Positions 41,357 to 51,135 of a DNA stretch of 64,000 bases are shown here, piece after piece; position 1 is the first letter of the stretch, and each line of letters begins with the position of its first letter. This DNA is from Parcubacteria group bacterium (GTDB taxonomy: Bacteria; Patescibacteriota; Minisyncoccia; Moranbacterales; UBA2206). Made by a program: the position numbers and the translations under genes. The DNA lies in the NCBI GenBank assembly GCA_041661275.1, contig JBAZUU010000005.1, positions 72-64,071 of the forward strand, given 5' to 3'. The notes below the pieces were generated by a model. It did not search any database and had not been told where the DNA came from. It was given only the letters and a program-made list of their open reading frames with translations.

Positions 41357-41420
41357 CTCAGTTGGTTAGAGCACGGCACTCATAAGGCCGGGGTCAAGAG
41401 TTCGAGTCTCTTCCCTGCTA
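41347..41420 (+). tRNA. tRNA-Met or tRNA-Ile2 (CAT)
   Basis: GGCAGGGTAGCTCAGTTGGTTAGAGC, loop CTCATAA, GAGTTCGAGTCTC. Confidence 0.75.
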
Positions 41421-41438
41421 CAAAATTAAATAATAATT

Positions 41439-41512
41439 GGGGGCGTAGCTCAGTTGGTTAGAGCGATTGCCTGTCACGCAATAGGTCGAGGGTTCGAGTC
41501 CCTTCGCTCCCG
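41439..41512 (+). tRNA. tRNA-Asp (GTC)
   Basis: GGGGGCGTAGCTCAGTTGGTTAGAGC, loop CTGTCAC, GGGTTCGAGTCCC. Confidence 0.85.
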
Positions 41513-41526
41513 CAAAATCATTGAAA

Positions 41527-41552
41527 TAGCCCGTGTTTAGGCTATTTTTTGA
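41527..41552 (+). terminator. Rho-independent terminator after the tRNA pair
   Basis: atagcc-cgtgttt-aggctat hairpin + TTTTTT. Confidence 0.5.
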
Positions 41553-41564
41553 TGCCAAAAAGGC

Positions 41565-41593
41565 TTGCAAATATCCGAAAAAAAGACTATAAT
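41565..41593 (+). promoter_or_regulatory. Sigma70-type promoter TTGCAA-17-TATAAT
   Basis: 15 nt upstream of leader element copy 4. Confidence 0.4.
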
Positions 41594-41608
41594 TAACAGG
41601 TAATATCG

Positions 41609-41719
41609 ATCCCTACACCAATTTCAGGAGGGGTTATCCGAGGGAAAAACAGGAAAACAAATTCGCCTGACGGCTTTAATTAGCTGAAATAAAAGACTTT
41701 ACAAAAATTGGTGAGGGAT
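41609..41719 (+). promoter_or_regulatory. Leader element copy 4
   Basis: ATCCCTACACCAATTTC...AAATTCGCCTGACGGCTTTA...AAATTGGTGAGGGAT. 12 nt upstream of ATG 41731. Confidence 0.55.
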
Positions 41720-41730
41720 AAACATAAAAT

Positions 41731-42102
41731 ATGACACTCAAAGCCTATATTTGGATCGGGAGGCTCTTGTCTTTGTTATCCCTTGCGTCATTAGTTTTAA
41801 TTATCAATTATATTGGACCTGATGATTATGGCTGGCAAGGAAAGGCAATTTTTTATTTAATTTTAGGGCTGTTTTTGACCGGATTTTTTAGCCTCGTCAT
41901 GTTGTTTATCCGACGAAAAACCTTAGGCGAGGATTCTGCTGGAAAAAACGCCAGGCTAAGTATGCGGCAAGGAATGCTTCTGGCACTTCTTACTATTGCG
42001 CTTCTCATCCTTCAAAGTTTTCGTATGCTTGTATGGTGGGACGGACTTCTAGTAGTTGCTGCTGTTTTTTTAGTAGAGTTGTATTTTCTAAGTAGAAATT
42101 AA
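41731..42102 (+). CDS. Hypothetical small polytopic membrane protein
   Basis: Four hydrophobic segments. Downstream of leader element copy 4. Confidence 0.5.
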   Translation: MTLKAYIWIGRLLSLLSLASLVLIINYIGPDDYGWQGKAIFYLILGLFLTGFFSLVMLFIRRKTLGEDSAGKNARLSMRQGMLLALLTIALLILQSFRMLVWWDGLLVVAAVFLVELYFLSRN

Positions 42103-42153
42103 TTTGTTTAGTTTCTTATGATACTTAAGTAACTTACGAAAAGGAAATAATTT

Positions 42154-44190
42154 ATGCCAAAAGACAAAGAACCGAAAAAAGATAATGGCGATTATACCGC
42201 CAAATCCATCCAGGTTTTGGAAGGGTTGGAACCGGTCAGAAAGCGTCCGGGTATGTATATCGGTGGCACATCCACTGAAGGGCTCCATCATTTGATCTGG
42301 GAAGTGGTCAATAATGCTATCGATGAAGCAATGGCCGGATATTGCAAGAATGTTAAAGTGAAGCTGCTTCCGGACAACGTAATCGAGATCGAAGATGATG
42401 GGCGGGGAATTCCAGTAGAAAAACATCCTCAGACCAAAAAATCAACTTTGGAAACGGTCTTGACCGTCCTTCACGCCGGAGGAAAATTTGGTGGAAATGG
42501 GTATAAGATTTCCGGAGGACTTCATGGTGTCGGAGTGTCAGTGGTTAACGCTCTTTCCGAATGGCTTCACGCGGAAGTGAAAAGAGACGGAAAAATTTAT
42601 GCCATGGATTTTGAAAGGGGAAAACCTAAGTCAAAAGATCCAAAAGTTGTCGGTAAAGCCAAGGAAACCGGATTTAAGGTTTCTTTCAAAGCTGATTCAA
42701 AGATTTTTCCGGAGATAAACTATTCCTGGGAAAAAATTCTGGGCTATCTCCGCCAGCAAGCCTATCTGACCAAGGGAGTGAATATAAAAATTTACGATGA
42801 ACGCGAAGAAGATAAAAAACGCGCCTATGGGTTTCTTTTTGACGGCGGAGTGATCTCATATGTCAAATTTCTCAATCGCGGCAAGGAAGTGAAGAACGAA
42901 ATGCCATTTTATGTGGAGAAAAAATTAGAAGATAGCGAAGTAGAAATCGCCTTGCAATATACCGATGGATATAAGGAGCACGTATTTTCTTTTGCCAACA
43001 ATATTTTCACGCCGGAAGGCGGAATGCACGAAGCCGGATTTCGGGCGGCATTAACGCGAGTACTCAACGCTTATGCCAAGAAAAACAATTTTCTGAAAGA
43101 AAAAGATGGCAGTTTTACGTCCGAAGATCTGGCAGAAGGGCTTACTGCGGTGATTTCGGTGAAACTGAAAAACCCACAATTTGAAGGGCAGACCAAATCA
43201 AAACTGGGAAATGGAGAAATGCGCGGAATAGTTTCGAGCGTTACTGCCGAAGCGTTGGCTGAATATCTGGAACATCATCCGCATAACGCCAAGGCAATCC
43301 TTAATAAATGTCTTCTGACAGCCAAAGCGCGCCTCGCTGCCCGCGCGGCCAAAGATGCGGTCATCAGAAAAGGGGCTCTAGAAGGAATGACACTTCCGGG
43401 GAAGCTGGCTGACTGCACATCGCGCGACGCGTCAAAATCCGAACTATATATCGTTGAGGGCGATAGCGCCGGTGGCTCGGCAAAACAAGGGCGCGACAGA
43501 ATGTTTCAGGCTATCTTGCCACTTCGTGGAAAATTGGTAAACGTAGAAAAAACAACGCTCGACAAAGTGGTAAAATCAGATACCTTGAAGCCGATCATTA
43601 TCGCTCTTGGAACTGGCATCAGCGATAGTTTCGACATTGGGCGTCTTCGTTATCATAAAATAATTATCATGGCCGATGCCGATGTGGACGGTTCTCATAT
43701 CAGAACACTGCTTCTGACATTTTTCTATCGCTATTTTGAAAAGCTTATCCGTGAAGGACATATCTATATCGCGCAACCTCCGCTTTACCGTTTGCAGAAA
43801 GGAAAAGAGATTCGCTATGTCTATACTGATGAACAGAAGAATAGAGAAGTGGCGGAGATGCAAAGTAAGGGCAACGTTGGAGATAAGGGAAAGAAGGGAA
43901 ATAGGGGAGATGAAGAAATTATTATGGAAACCGATACCGAATCAGAAAGTGAAGTGGGAGAAAAGGTATTTGGAATAAATATCCAACGTTACAAAGGTCT
44001 TGGAGAAATGAATCCGACTCAACTTTGGGAAACGACAATGGATCCAGGAAGCCGACTGATGATGCAAGTGACCATCAATGATGCCGAAGCGGCAGACAAG
44101 ATGTTCGATGTTCTTATGGGGACAGAAGTAGAACCGCGTCGACGATTCATCCAAGCGAGGGCGAGGAGTGTGAAGAATCTTGACGTTTAG
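42154..44190 (+). CDS. gyrB: DNA gyrase subunit B
   Basis: GHKL ATPase motifs (EVVNNAIDEA, GLHGVGVSVVNALS), Toprim (YIVEGDSAGGSAKQGRD), PLRGK. In-frame GDKGKKGNRGDEE insert near the C-terminus. Confidence 0.9.
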   Translation: MPKDKEPKKDNGDYTAKSIQVLEGLEPVRKRPGMYIGGTSTEGLHHLIWEVVNNAIDEAMAGYCKNVKVKLLPDNVIEIEDDGRGIPVEKHPQTKKSTLETVLTVLHAGGKFGGNGYKISGGLHGVGVSVVNALSEWLHAEVKRDGKIYAMDFERGKPKSKDPKVVGKAKETGFKVSFKADSKIFPEINYSWEKILGYLRQQAYLTKGVNIKIYDEREEDKKRAYGFLFDGGVISYVKFLNRGKEVKNEMPFYVEKKLEDSEVEIALQYTDGYKEHVFSFANNIFTPEGGMHEAGFRAALTRVLNAYAKKNNFLKEKDGSFTSEDLAEGLTAVISVKLKNPQFEGQTKSKLGNGEMRGIVSSVTAEALAEYLEHHPHNAKAILNKCLLTAKARLAARAAKDAVIRKGALEGMTLPGKLADCTSRDASKSELYIVEGDSAGGSAKQGRDRMFQAILPLRGKLVNVEKTTLDKVVKSDTLKPIIIALGTGISDSFDIGRLRYHKIIIMADADVDGSHIRTLLLTFFYRYFEKLIREGHIYIAQPPLYRLQKGKEIRYVYTDEQKNREVAEMQSKGNVGDKGKKGNRGDEEIIMETDTESESEVGEKVFGINIQRYKGLGEMNPTQLWETTMDPGSRLMMQVTINDAEAADKMFDVLMGTEVEPRRRFIQARARSVKNLDV

Positions 44191-44207
44191 GGTCGCGCGA
44201 GCGAATG

Positions 44208-44236
44208 AAGCTTTCCTTTGCGGAAAGCTTTTTTTG
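44208..44236 (+). terminator. Rho-independent terminator of gyrB
   Basis: aagctttcc-tttgc-ggaaagctt + TTTTTTT. Confidence 0.55.
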
Positions 44237-44283
44237 TTGGAAGGAGTTTGCCGAGCTTCTTTCGTTTCTTGGGTTGCTTTCGA

Positions 44284-44327
44284 GAACTAAAAAAGTTTTG
44301 ACTAATAGTCAAAACTTTTTTAGTTCA
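44284..44327. repeat. Perfect 21-bp-arm palindrome between convergent genes
   Basis: gaactaaaaaagttttgacta-a-tagtcaaaacttttttagttc. Confidence 0.5.
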
Positions 44328-44353
44328 AGAGTTTTCCGGGTTTAATTTTTTCT

Positions 44354-44851
44354 TCAAAACTTGCTTCCGGATTTTTTTCGAAATTCAATTCTTTTTCGAT
44401 ATAACTCTTCGGTCAGACCTCCTTCTTGTTCGTGTTTCTTTTTCAGAGATTCAACCTGACGATTAAGAAGATAAGTTGCCTGATGACAAAGGGTGAGAAG
44501 AAAGTTAGCGGCGTCTTCAGGGTCTTGAGGGAGCGGGAGTGTTTTCAGAAACTCTGGGTTTCTTAGGTTGCTTAAGTTTCTTACGAGCGTTGCGGACTTC
44601 GCTCGCAACGCAGTTACGCGCGGATCATTTTTGTTCCATTGTTTCAAATTTCTTTGACGCAAAAAATCTTCCAGGTCTCCGATCAATTCTTCAATCGAAC
44701 TTTTGGCGACTCCAGTGAGACCAGTACAAAGTTTCAAGGATGTTGTCAAATTATCTGAACCTTCCACGATATTTTGTTTGCCGCTTCTAGCCGCTCCGTT
44801 CATCTGTTCTTTCAACTTCCAGCTGCGAATTTCCCGGTCGCAAAATTCCAC
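44354..44851 (-). CDS. Hypothetical protein with weak four-helix-bundle (TIGR02436-like) signature and an embedded CTTAGG-hairpin element
   Basis: ARSGKQNIVEGS...AKSSIEEL pattern. Codons for RAKSATLVRNLSNLRNPEF are supplied by the repeat element 44557-44613. Confidence 0.45.
   Translation of the reverse strand: MEFCDREIRSWKLKEQMNGAARSGKQNIVEGSDNLTTSLKLCTGLTGVAKSSIEELIGDLEDFLRQRNLKQWNKNDPRVTALRAKSATLVRNLSNLRNPEFLKTLPLPQDPEDAANFLLTLCHQATYLLNRQVESLKKKHEQEGGLTEELYRKRIEFRKKSGSKF
44557..44613. repeat. CTTAGG-motif element + hairpin (inside ORF 44354-44851)
   Basis: ggtttcttaggttgcttaagtttcttacgagc + gcgttgcggacttcgctcgcaacgc. Confidence 0.55.
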
Positions 44852-44951
44852 TGTGCGATCATAAATGATAACCGAAAACTAGTATGTAAAAAGTTTTTTG
44901 TATGGTTGCATGAGTTTATTGTAGCACAATTTTTTCAACGTTTCGGCTCCG

Positions 44952-45022
44952 GAGTTTCTTGCGTCACTTAAGTTTCTTACGAGAACTCGAGAATTGACTT
45001 AGTCAATTCTCGAGTTCATTTT
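44952..45022. repeat. CTTAGG-motif element + terminator-like hairpin
   Basis: gagtttcttgcgtcacttaagtttcttacgag + aactcgagaattgac-tta-gtcaattctcgagtt + T8. Confidence 0.55.
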
Positions 45023-45237
45023 TTTCTTATTTTATCAAATACGATATTTTGGCTTGAATGAAGGGCATATTTGATAGAAAATAATAATATTTGATATCAA
45101 ATAATTTTTTAAACTATAAATTTTCAATAAAAATTTGCCGATTTTTGAGCTGTGGATAAGTCATAAATTTGTGTTGTTGGCAAGGGTGAAAAATGATATA
45201 ATTTAAGCAGGTTTATCCAGTCAAAAAAACACAAAAA

Positions 45238-46395
45238 ATGGCTCTCAATAAAGCAAAAATCAAAAACGAAATAGACGTGAAATTCATCCCACTTTCCGAG
45301 GCCGCAAAAAGGTCCGGATATACTCCTGAACACCTGAACCTTTCCGCCCGGAAAGGAAAATTGCAGGCGCAAAAGATCGGGCGCAACTGGTACACAACCG
45401 AAGAATGGTTGTGTACCTTTTTAGAGTTGGCGCTTGGGAGGAGCGGAGAGGAGAAGGTTGGCGCGAGCGAGGAAATTGGAGAAGGCGTTGAGACTGACGA
45501 GACTCTGTCGAACCTTGAGTCACTTAGGTCGCTTAGGATTCTTACGAGGTCAGAATTTCCATTCGAAAATTCCGATGAGAAGAAAAGCAGCAACGACGAG
45601 AAGGAAGTTTTTAGAGACGCTTTGCTGGAAGTGGCGGGAGAAAAAAAATCAGAAAAAATCTTTTCCAAAAACTTGGTGCAAATGCTGGCTGGTGTTTCAT
45701 TGGTTGTAATTTTTATCCCGATAATTTTCTTTTCAGTTTATTCGGTGAAATATTACGCGGCGCAAAAAAATAACCAAGCGGAAAAAATCGCCCTCGTCAA
45801 TGAAACGCCGTCAGAAGTCATCGTGAACGAAAATGGAAATAATTTAACATCCGAAAATCCGGAAGAAAAAGTTTTGGGAATTGTCGCGGGCGAAACTACT
45901 GCTGCTGACACAGAAGCTCAAAAAAAATCAGGAGTGGTTCTGGCATCGGAAAATTTCAAAGCGCAAAATGTCAGTATGGGAGTGGGAATAGTTTTAGCTT
46001 CCGCCGAAGAAAATGCGCCGCTTGAAATAACGGATGTAAAATCGGAATCGTTCATCACCGGCAAAAAAAATAATGCTAACTCGCAAGAAGAAGTTAAGCT
46101 GGTGGTTTCCTGGAAGACGAACAAGCTCGCTATGTCGGAACTGGATTTTTCCAAAAACAACGGACAGGATCCAAAAGTGCTGAAAGAAAATTCTTTCGGA
46201 TTTAACCATGCCGTAGTTCTGACCGGGATCGATCCGCGGACGTCGTATGTCTATCAGGTGAAAGGCAAAGACCATTGGGGCGCGGAAGTCAGTTCGGATT
46301 TCTATGGGCTGTTCACCGCGTCGAAACCGGTTTCTGTTTTTGATTTGATTTCTAATCAGATAAATGAAATTTTCGGTTGGGCGATCAAGAAGTGA
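45238..46395 (+). CDS. Membrane-anchored protein with N-terminal HTH_17/excisionase-like motif and C-terminal FN3-like domain
   Basis: IPLSEAAKRSGYTPEHLNLSARKGKLQAQKIGRNWYTTEEW, TM segment LVQMLAGVSLVVIFIPIIFFSVYSV, C-terminal TSYVYQVKGKDHWG. Contains an in-frame CTTAGG repeat at 45514-45547. Confidence 0.6.
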   Translation: MALNKAKIKNEIDVKFIPLSEAAKRSGYTPEHLNLSARKGKLQAQKIGRNWYTTEEWLCTFLELALGRSGEEKVGASEEIGEGVETDETLSNLESLRSLRILTRSEFPFENSDEKKSSNDEKEVFRDALLEVAGEKKSEKIFSKNLVQMLAGVSLVVIFIPIIFFSVYSVKYYAAQKNNQAEKIALVNETPSEVIVNENGNNLTSENPEEKVLGIVAGETTAADTEAQKKSGVVLASENFKAQNVSMGVGIVLASAEENAPLEITDVKSESFITGKKNNANSQEEVKLVVSWKTNKLAMSELDFSKNNGQDPKVLKENSFGFNHAVVLTGIDPRTSYVYQVKGKDHWGAEVSSDFYGLFTASKPVSVFDLISNQINEIFGWAIKK

Positions 46396-46425
46396 GTTTC
46401 TTGCGTCGCTTAGGAAGCTTACGAG
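46394..46425. repeat. CTTAGG-motif element
   Basis: gagtttcttgcgtcgcttaggaagcttacgag. Confidence 0.5.
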
Positions 46426-46440
46426 TCCGCCTAAAATGTT

Positions 46441-46510
46441 CCCTCTCCTGTCAGCCTAAATTTTTAAGAAAAAATTTGGCTGACATCCTCTCCCGGAGGG
46501 AGAGGAGGAA
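46441..46510. repeat. RPE-like palindromic element copy D
   Basis: CCCTCTCCTGTCAGCCtaaatttttaagaaaaaatttGGCTGACATCCTCTCCCggagGGAGAGGAGG. 20 nt before the giant gene. Confidence 0.7.
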
Positions 46511-46530
46511 AATGAAAATGACAAATTAAA

Positions 46531-49500
46531 ATGAAAATTAATTTCCAAAATAAAATAATCAGAATCATTTTCGCTCTCGCGGTGTCTTTGGAAATGGCCA
46601 GTCTTCTTTTTGATTTTTCTTTCGCGCAAGTGGCTGGCACCGTAAGCACTCCGAGAAAATTGGACGTGTCGGCCGTTATCCTTAACAACGAAAATAAAAT
46701 AATTGCCAATGGAGAATATGATGTTCGTTTTTCTCTCTATCAAACTGATCGGACTGACAATACGGCAACTGAGGGAACGCCGCTTTGGCAGGAGACGCAA
46801 AAAGTGACTATCTACAACGGCATCCTTCACGCGTTTCCCGGAACGGTCACGCCACTTCCGACAACTGTTAATTTTTCAAGCGGAGAATTTTATGTCGGGA
46901 TAAAAATAGGAACTGATTCGGAGATGATTCCGCGAAAAAGGATTGGCGCTGTTCCTCTGGCTCTCGATTCTTTTTCGGTTGGCGGCGCGACTGTCGGAAC
47001 AGCCGAAGGAAATATTTTGAAATTAGGTGTCGGTGGCAAAGTAGATATTACCAGTCTTCCGACAGGAACTTCCGGAAAGAAACTGGTACTAGCTAATGAC
47101 TCAAGATTATCTACCGGAAAAATTACTGTCAGCGGACAAAAATATATCACTGCTTCCGGAATGAAACTGACGCTAAAACAGATCGACCTGACATCGAATG
47201 TTACCGGAATTCTACCAGTAGCCAATGGCGGAACGGGCGTTGCCTCATATGCTGTCGGCGATATGCTTTATGCCAGCGCCGCGGCAACTCTTGCGAAACT
47301 TCCTGTCGGCGCTGACGGGAAAGTGCTGACGGTGGCAGGCGGAGTTCCGACTTGGGCAGCAGCAACCGGAACGGCCTATACCGCGGCGGCCGGAAATTTG
47401 CTTCAACTGGTTGGCACGGAATTTTCTTTCAAGCAAGGAGCTCTGGCTGACGGCAAGCTTTGCACATATGATTTGGCTAACAACCGATTGGTGTGCAATA
47501 CCGATCCAAGCGGAGTGGCCTATACTGCCGGATCAGGACTAACCCTGGCAGCAACGGAATTCAAATTGGGCGGGACAATCACGGAAAATACCAGCCTCAA
47601 TCTTTATGGCGCGGCTGACAATCGGGATTTTAGATTCTATAATTCCAATTCCGCTCAAGAAATATTATTCCTCGACAGTTCTACTGGAAGAGTCGGAATT
47701 GGAAAAACTGATCCCGGAACAGCGCTCGATGTTAACGGCGTCATCACTGCAACGGGAGGCAGCTCTACCGATTGGAATAACGCTTTTACCTATCGCCTGA
47801 CTTCCGCTTCCGGATCAAGTCCGCTTACCCTTACTCTGGCAGTCAACGCTCTTACCGGTTCTATTTCTGACGCTACCACTCTTGCCAAGGGTGTGGCTTC
47901 TTTTTCCGACACTGATTTTGATGTAGCGGTCGGAGCGGTAACAATAGACTCAACGATTGCCAGAGATTCGGAACTGCACAACTCTGTTACTCTTGCTGGT
48001 CTTGGTTATCTTTCAATTGATGGCTCGCAAGTCATCACGGCCGGACAAATCAACATCGGCACTACGCAGGTGACAGGGATTCTTGCTGTTAATAACGGCG
48101 GAACAGGAACTGGCACCACGCCAGCTTCTGGACAGATTCTTATCGGTAATGCTTCTGGTGGATATGAAGTTTCTACTATTACAGATGGTACTGGCATATC
48201 CATTGCTGAAGGTTCAGGCACAATTACTATCGCCGCCGCCCTTGGCACGGCTATCGATACTACCGAAATCACTGATGGCACCATTTTACCAACAGATCTT
48301 AATTCAACCAATAGTCCGGATGTTTCCAACTATGTCCTGACTTATGATAATGCTACCCAACACTTTACCTGGAAAGATGTGTCCGGAGCGGGAGCGGTGG
48401 ATACGAGTGGCACTGCTTCTAACTATATTCCCAAGCTTCAAGATTCCAATACTCTGACCAATTCCGTCATCTATGAAACCGGGGGAATGTTGGGCATCGG
48501 AAAAACCGATCCCGGAACCGCCCTTGACGTCAATGGCGTCATCACTGCCACTGGCGGAACAAGCACTAATTGGAACAGCGCTTATTCGGCGATGCACAAC
48601 TCGGTTACGCTTGACACGGCCACCCACGATTATCTTTCTTTGGCTACCCAGGTTATCACTTTGGGGCAAATTGATATTTCTGATGACACCAACTTGGGAG
48701 TGGGCGGAACATTTTTGCAAAGAGTCGGTGATACTATTTCCCTTCGGGAAGGAGCTATGGGCGAGGGAAAACTGTGTACCTTCAACGCTTCCGGACAATT
48801 GGAATGCAATACCGATTCCGGAACTGTCGGACACGCGTCAGCTACTATTTTGGATTCGGCTTCAATTAACTTTTCCATCATCGGACAGGAAATTTCCGGC
48901 GTAGTCCTGCCGGCGGGAGTGGATCATAATTCTTTGGCTAATCTCACAACGGGTGACGCGCACACGCAATACGCTCTCCTGGCTGGCCGCGCCAACGGAC
49001 AAACTCTTATCGGCGGTACGGGACCAACTGATACTCTCACCCTTCAAGCTACTTCCGGCAATGCCACTACCGGTATTGGAATGAATTTCAATGTCGGCAA
49101 CAACGGAGCAATAAAAGCAATGACCATTCTTAATTCCGGATATGTCGGCATTGGGACGACAAATCCACTTCAAAAACTTTCCATCAGCGGAACATTGGGA
49201 ATTGCCGCGAGCAATCTGCAATACTACACAATTTTTTCCGGCGGGAACCAGACGATGGATATTAATTATATTCTTCCGGCCGGAACCGGAGCAGCCGGAC
49301 AATATTTGAAAGTTGATGGAGTAGGTGCTCTTTCTTGGGCAACAATAATGGGCGGTACCGGTGGCATCGGAACAGTAACGAGCGTGGCAACCGGAAACGG
49401 ACTGACTGGCGGACCGATCGTCGATAGTGGAACAATATCGATAAATCTTCTTAATGTCGGAACAACTTCACCAACCACTTCTTCTAATTCTGGCCTGGAG

Positions 49501-51039
49501 TTTGTCGGAGCATCGAACCAGTTAGGCCTTCTTCACGGCTGTTCTAACACTCAAGTGTTAAGTTGGGACAGTGTCGCCCAGGTGTGGAAATGCGATTCAG
49601 TTTCCGGCATTGGCGGGTTGTCCGGAACGGGAACGGACGGATATATTACGAGATATACGAGTACCAACACTTTAGGTAATTCCGTACTTTTTGAAACTGG
49701 TGGAAACGTGGGAGTAGGGACAACGGATCCACTTTCACTTTTTTCTGTCGGCAGTTCATCGCAATTTCAGGTCACTTCCTCCGGTTATGTTTCTATCCCT
49801 CTCGGAATTGGGACATCTCAACCATCGCTATATTTCGGCTCGGACACCAATACCGGCCTCTGGTCGGCTGGCGCGGATATTTTCAATATTTCCGCCGGTG
49901 GCGTAGAAATGTTTAGAGCGACTGCAACTAATGTGACAGTTGGTGATGCCAGCGCAGTTACCGCTATGACCATTGATGCCAATGGGCTGGTGGGAATCGG
50001 CACGACTGCGCCGGCTTATGCTCTCGACGTCAAAGGAAGCGGAACGGGGATTATCGCCCGGTTTACCAGTAACAATACTTCCGGCTGTTCAGTGGCAGAC
50101 GGAGGAACAATCACATGCACGTCTGACGTGAACCTCAAAAAAAATATCGCTGACTCCGGATACGGTCTTGACGCTGTCTTGAGCTTGCGTCCGGTGGAAT
50201 ACAATTGGAAATATCAGTCGGACGGCACCACAAAAACCATTGGCTTTATCGCCCAGGATGTGGAAGGTGTCATGCCTCAACTGGTTATCACTGACGCGGA
50301 AGGATACAAAGAGCTGAACACTATCGGCATGATTCCGGTTTTGGCGAAAGCGATTCAGGAACAACAGACAATGATCAATGAACAAGGAACTCGCCTCATC
50401 GGCGAACAGGCAGTGAACAGTGAACAGGAACAAATGCTGGCGACTCTAAACAACAAAGATGTTTCTATTGATGAAAAAATAAATGTGGTCGGAGCCAGCC
50501 TAAGCCAGATTTCAACCAAACAAACTACCGATGAAACTAAGATTGCGACACTGGAAACAAAAGTTACTAATCTTGAACAACAGATGGCGATGCTGGAAGA
50601 AAAATACAAAGCGGTCATTGATTTTGCCGCGGTGCTCGAAACGGACAAGTTGGTATATAAAGACGCGTATGGCAATGTCAATATTTTAGGCGGCTCTCTT
50701 GTGGCAGATGGTGTTGTGGCTGGCGCTTTCACGGTCAAAGTGGCAGACGAGACAGCGAGAACTATTGGCACAGAGGCTATACATATATATACAGATGAAA
50801 ATCTGGACGGAATTGATGATAAATATCCGGGCAACAATGGAAAATCAGTAGAGGTTTTGACTACCGCTGTCACGGCTACATCTAAGATATTCATCACTCC
50901 GCAAGGGGACGCGGGGGGTTCGGTTTGGACGGAAAAGAAACTTGATGGGGAAGGAAATTATACCGGCTTTATTATTCACGTCAGCAAAGTGGTGGAGAAA
51001 GATATTAAAATTGATTGGTTTATAATAGAAGAAAAATAG
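46531..51039 (+). CDS. Giant secreted tail-fibre-like repeat protein with C-terminal peptidase-S74 intramolecular-chaperone domain
   Basis: Signal peptide; repeated G[IV]G[KT]TDP/GIGTTNP...L.V.G units; C-terminal SDVNLKKNIADSGYGLDAVLSLRPVEYNWK...TIGFIAQDVEGVMPQLV (S74 Ser-Lys signature) followed by a coiled coil. Confidence 0.8.
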   Translation: MKINFQNKIIRIIFALAVSLEMASLLFDFSFAQVAGTVSTPRKLDVSAVILNNENKIIANGEYDVRFSLYQTDRTDNTATEGTPLWQETQKVTIYNGILHAFPGTVTPLPTTVNFSSGEFYVGIKIGTDSEMIPRKRIGAVPLALDSFSVGGATVGTAEGNILKLGVGGKVDITSLPTGTSGKKLVLANDSRLSTGKITVSGQKYITASGMKLTLKQIDLTSNVTGILPVANGGTGVASYAVGDMLYASAAATLAKLPVGADGKVLTVAGGVPTWAAATGTAYTAAAGNLLQLVGTEFSFKQGALADGKLCTYDLANNRLVCNTDPSGVAYTAGSGLTLAATEFKLGGTITENTSLNLYGAADNRDFRFYNSNSAQEILFLDSSTGRVGIGKTDPGTALDVNGVITATGGSSTDWNNAFTYRLTSASGSSPLTLTLAVNALTGSISDATTLAKGVASFSDTDFDVAVGAVTIDSTIARDSELHNSVTLAGLGYLSIDGSQVITAGQINIGTTQVTGILAVNNGGTGTGTTPASGQILIGNASGGYEVSTITDGTGISIAEGSGTITIAAALGTAIDTTEITDGTILPTDLNSTNSPDVSNYVLTYDNATQHFTWKDVSGAGAVDTSGTASNYIPKLQDSNTLTNSVIYETGGMLGIGKTDPGTALDVNGVITATGGTSTNWNSAYSAMHNSVTLDTATHDYLSLATQVITLGQIDISDDTNLGVGGTFLQRVGDTISLREGAMGEGKLCTFNASGQLECNTDSGTVGHASATILDSASINFSIIGQEISGVVLPAGVDHNSLANLTTGDAHTQYALLAGRANGQTLIGGTGPTDTLTLQATSGNATTGIGMNFNVGNNGAIKAMTILNSGYVGIGTTNPLQKLSISGTLGIAASNLQYYTIFSGGNQTMDINYILPAGTGAAGQYLKVDGVGALSWATIMGGTGGIGTVTSVATGNGLTGGPIVDSGTISINLLNVGTTSPTTSSNSGLEFVGASNQLGLLHGCSNTQVLSWDSVAQVWKCDSVSGIGGLSGTGTDGYITRYTSTNTLGNSVLFETGGNVGVGTTDPLSLFSVGSSSQFQVTSSGYVSIPLGIGTSQPSLYFGSDTNTGLWSAGADIFNISAGGVEMFRATATNVTVGDASAVTAMTIDANGLVGIGTTAPAYALDVKGSGTGIIARFTSNNTSGCSVADGGTITCTSDVNLKKNIADSGYGLDAVLSLRPVEYNWKYQSDGTTKTIGFIAQDVEGVMPQLVITDAEGYKELNTIGMIPVLAKAIQEQQTMINEQGTRLIGEQAVNSEQEQMLATLNNKDVSIDEKINVVGASLSQISTKQTTDETKIATLETKVTNLEQQMAMLEEKYKAVIDFAAVLETDKLVYKDAYGNVNILGGSLVADGVVAGAFTVKVADETARTIGTEAIHIYTDENLDGIDDKYPGNNGKSVEVLTTAVTATSKIFITPQGDAGGSVWTEKKLDGEGNYTGFIIHVSKVVEKDIKIDWFIIEEK

Positions 51040-51135
51040 GAATTTAACAAAACGAATATAAGCGAATAATTGACAGAATTCTATAAATAATATACATTAG
51101 TAATGTATAAAAAATAGTATTAGTATGCATTAGAA

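Noticed and set aside
46890-50897. Numerous 60-180-aa minus-strand ORFs inside the 46531-51039 gene
   Set aside because: Antisense frames of G/T/S-codon-rich repeat DNA. The sense frame carries a signal peptide and the S74 domain.
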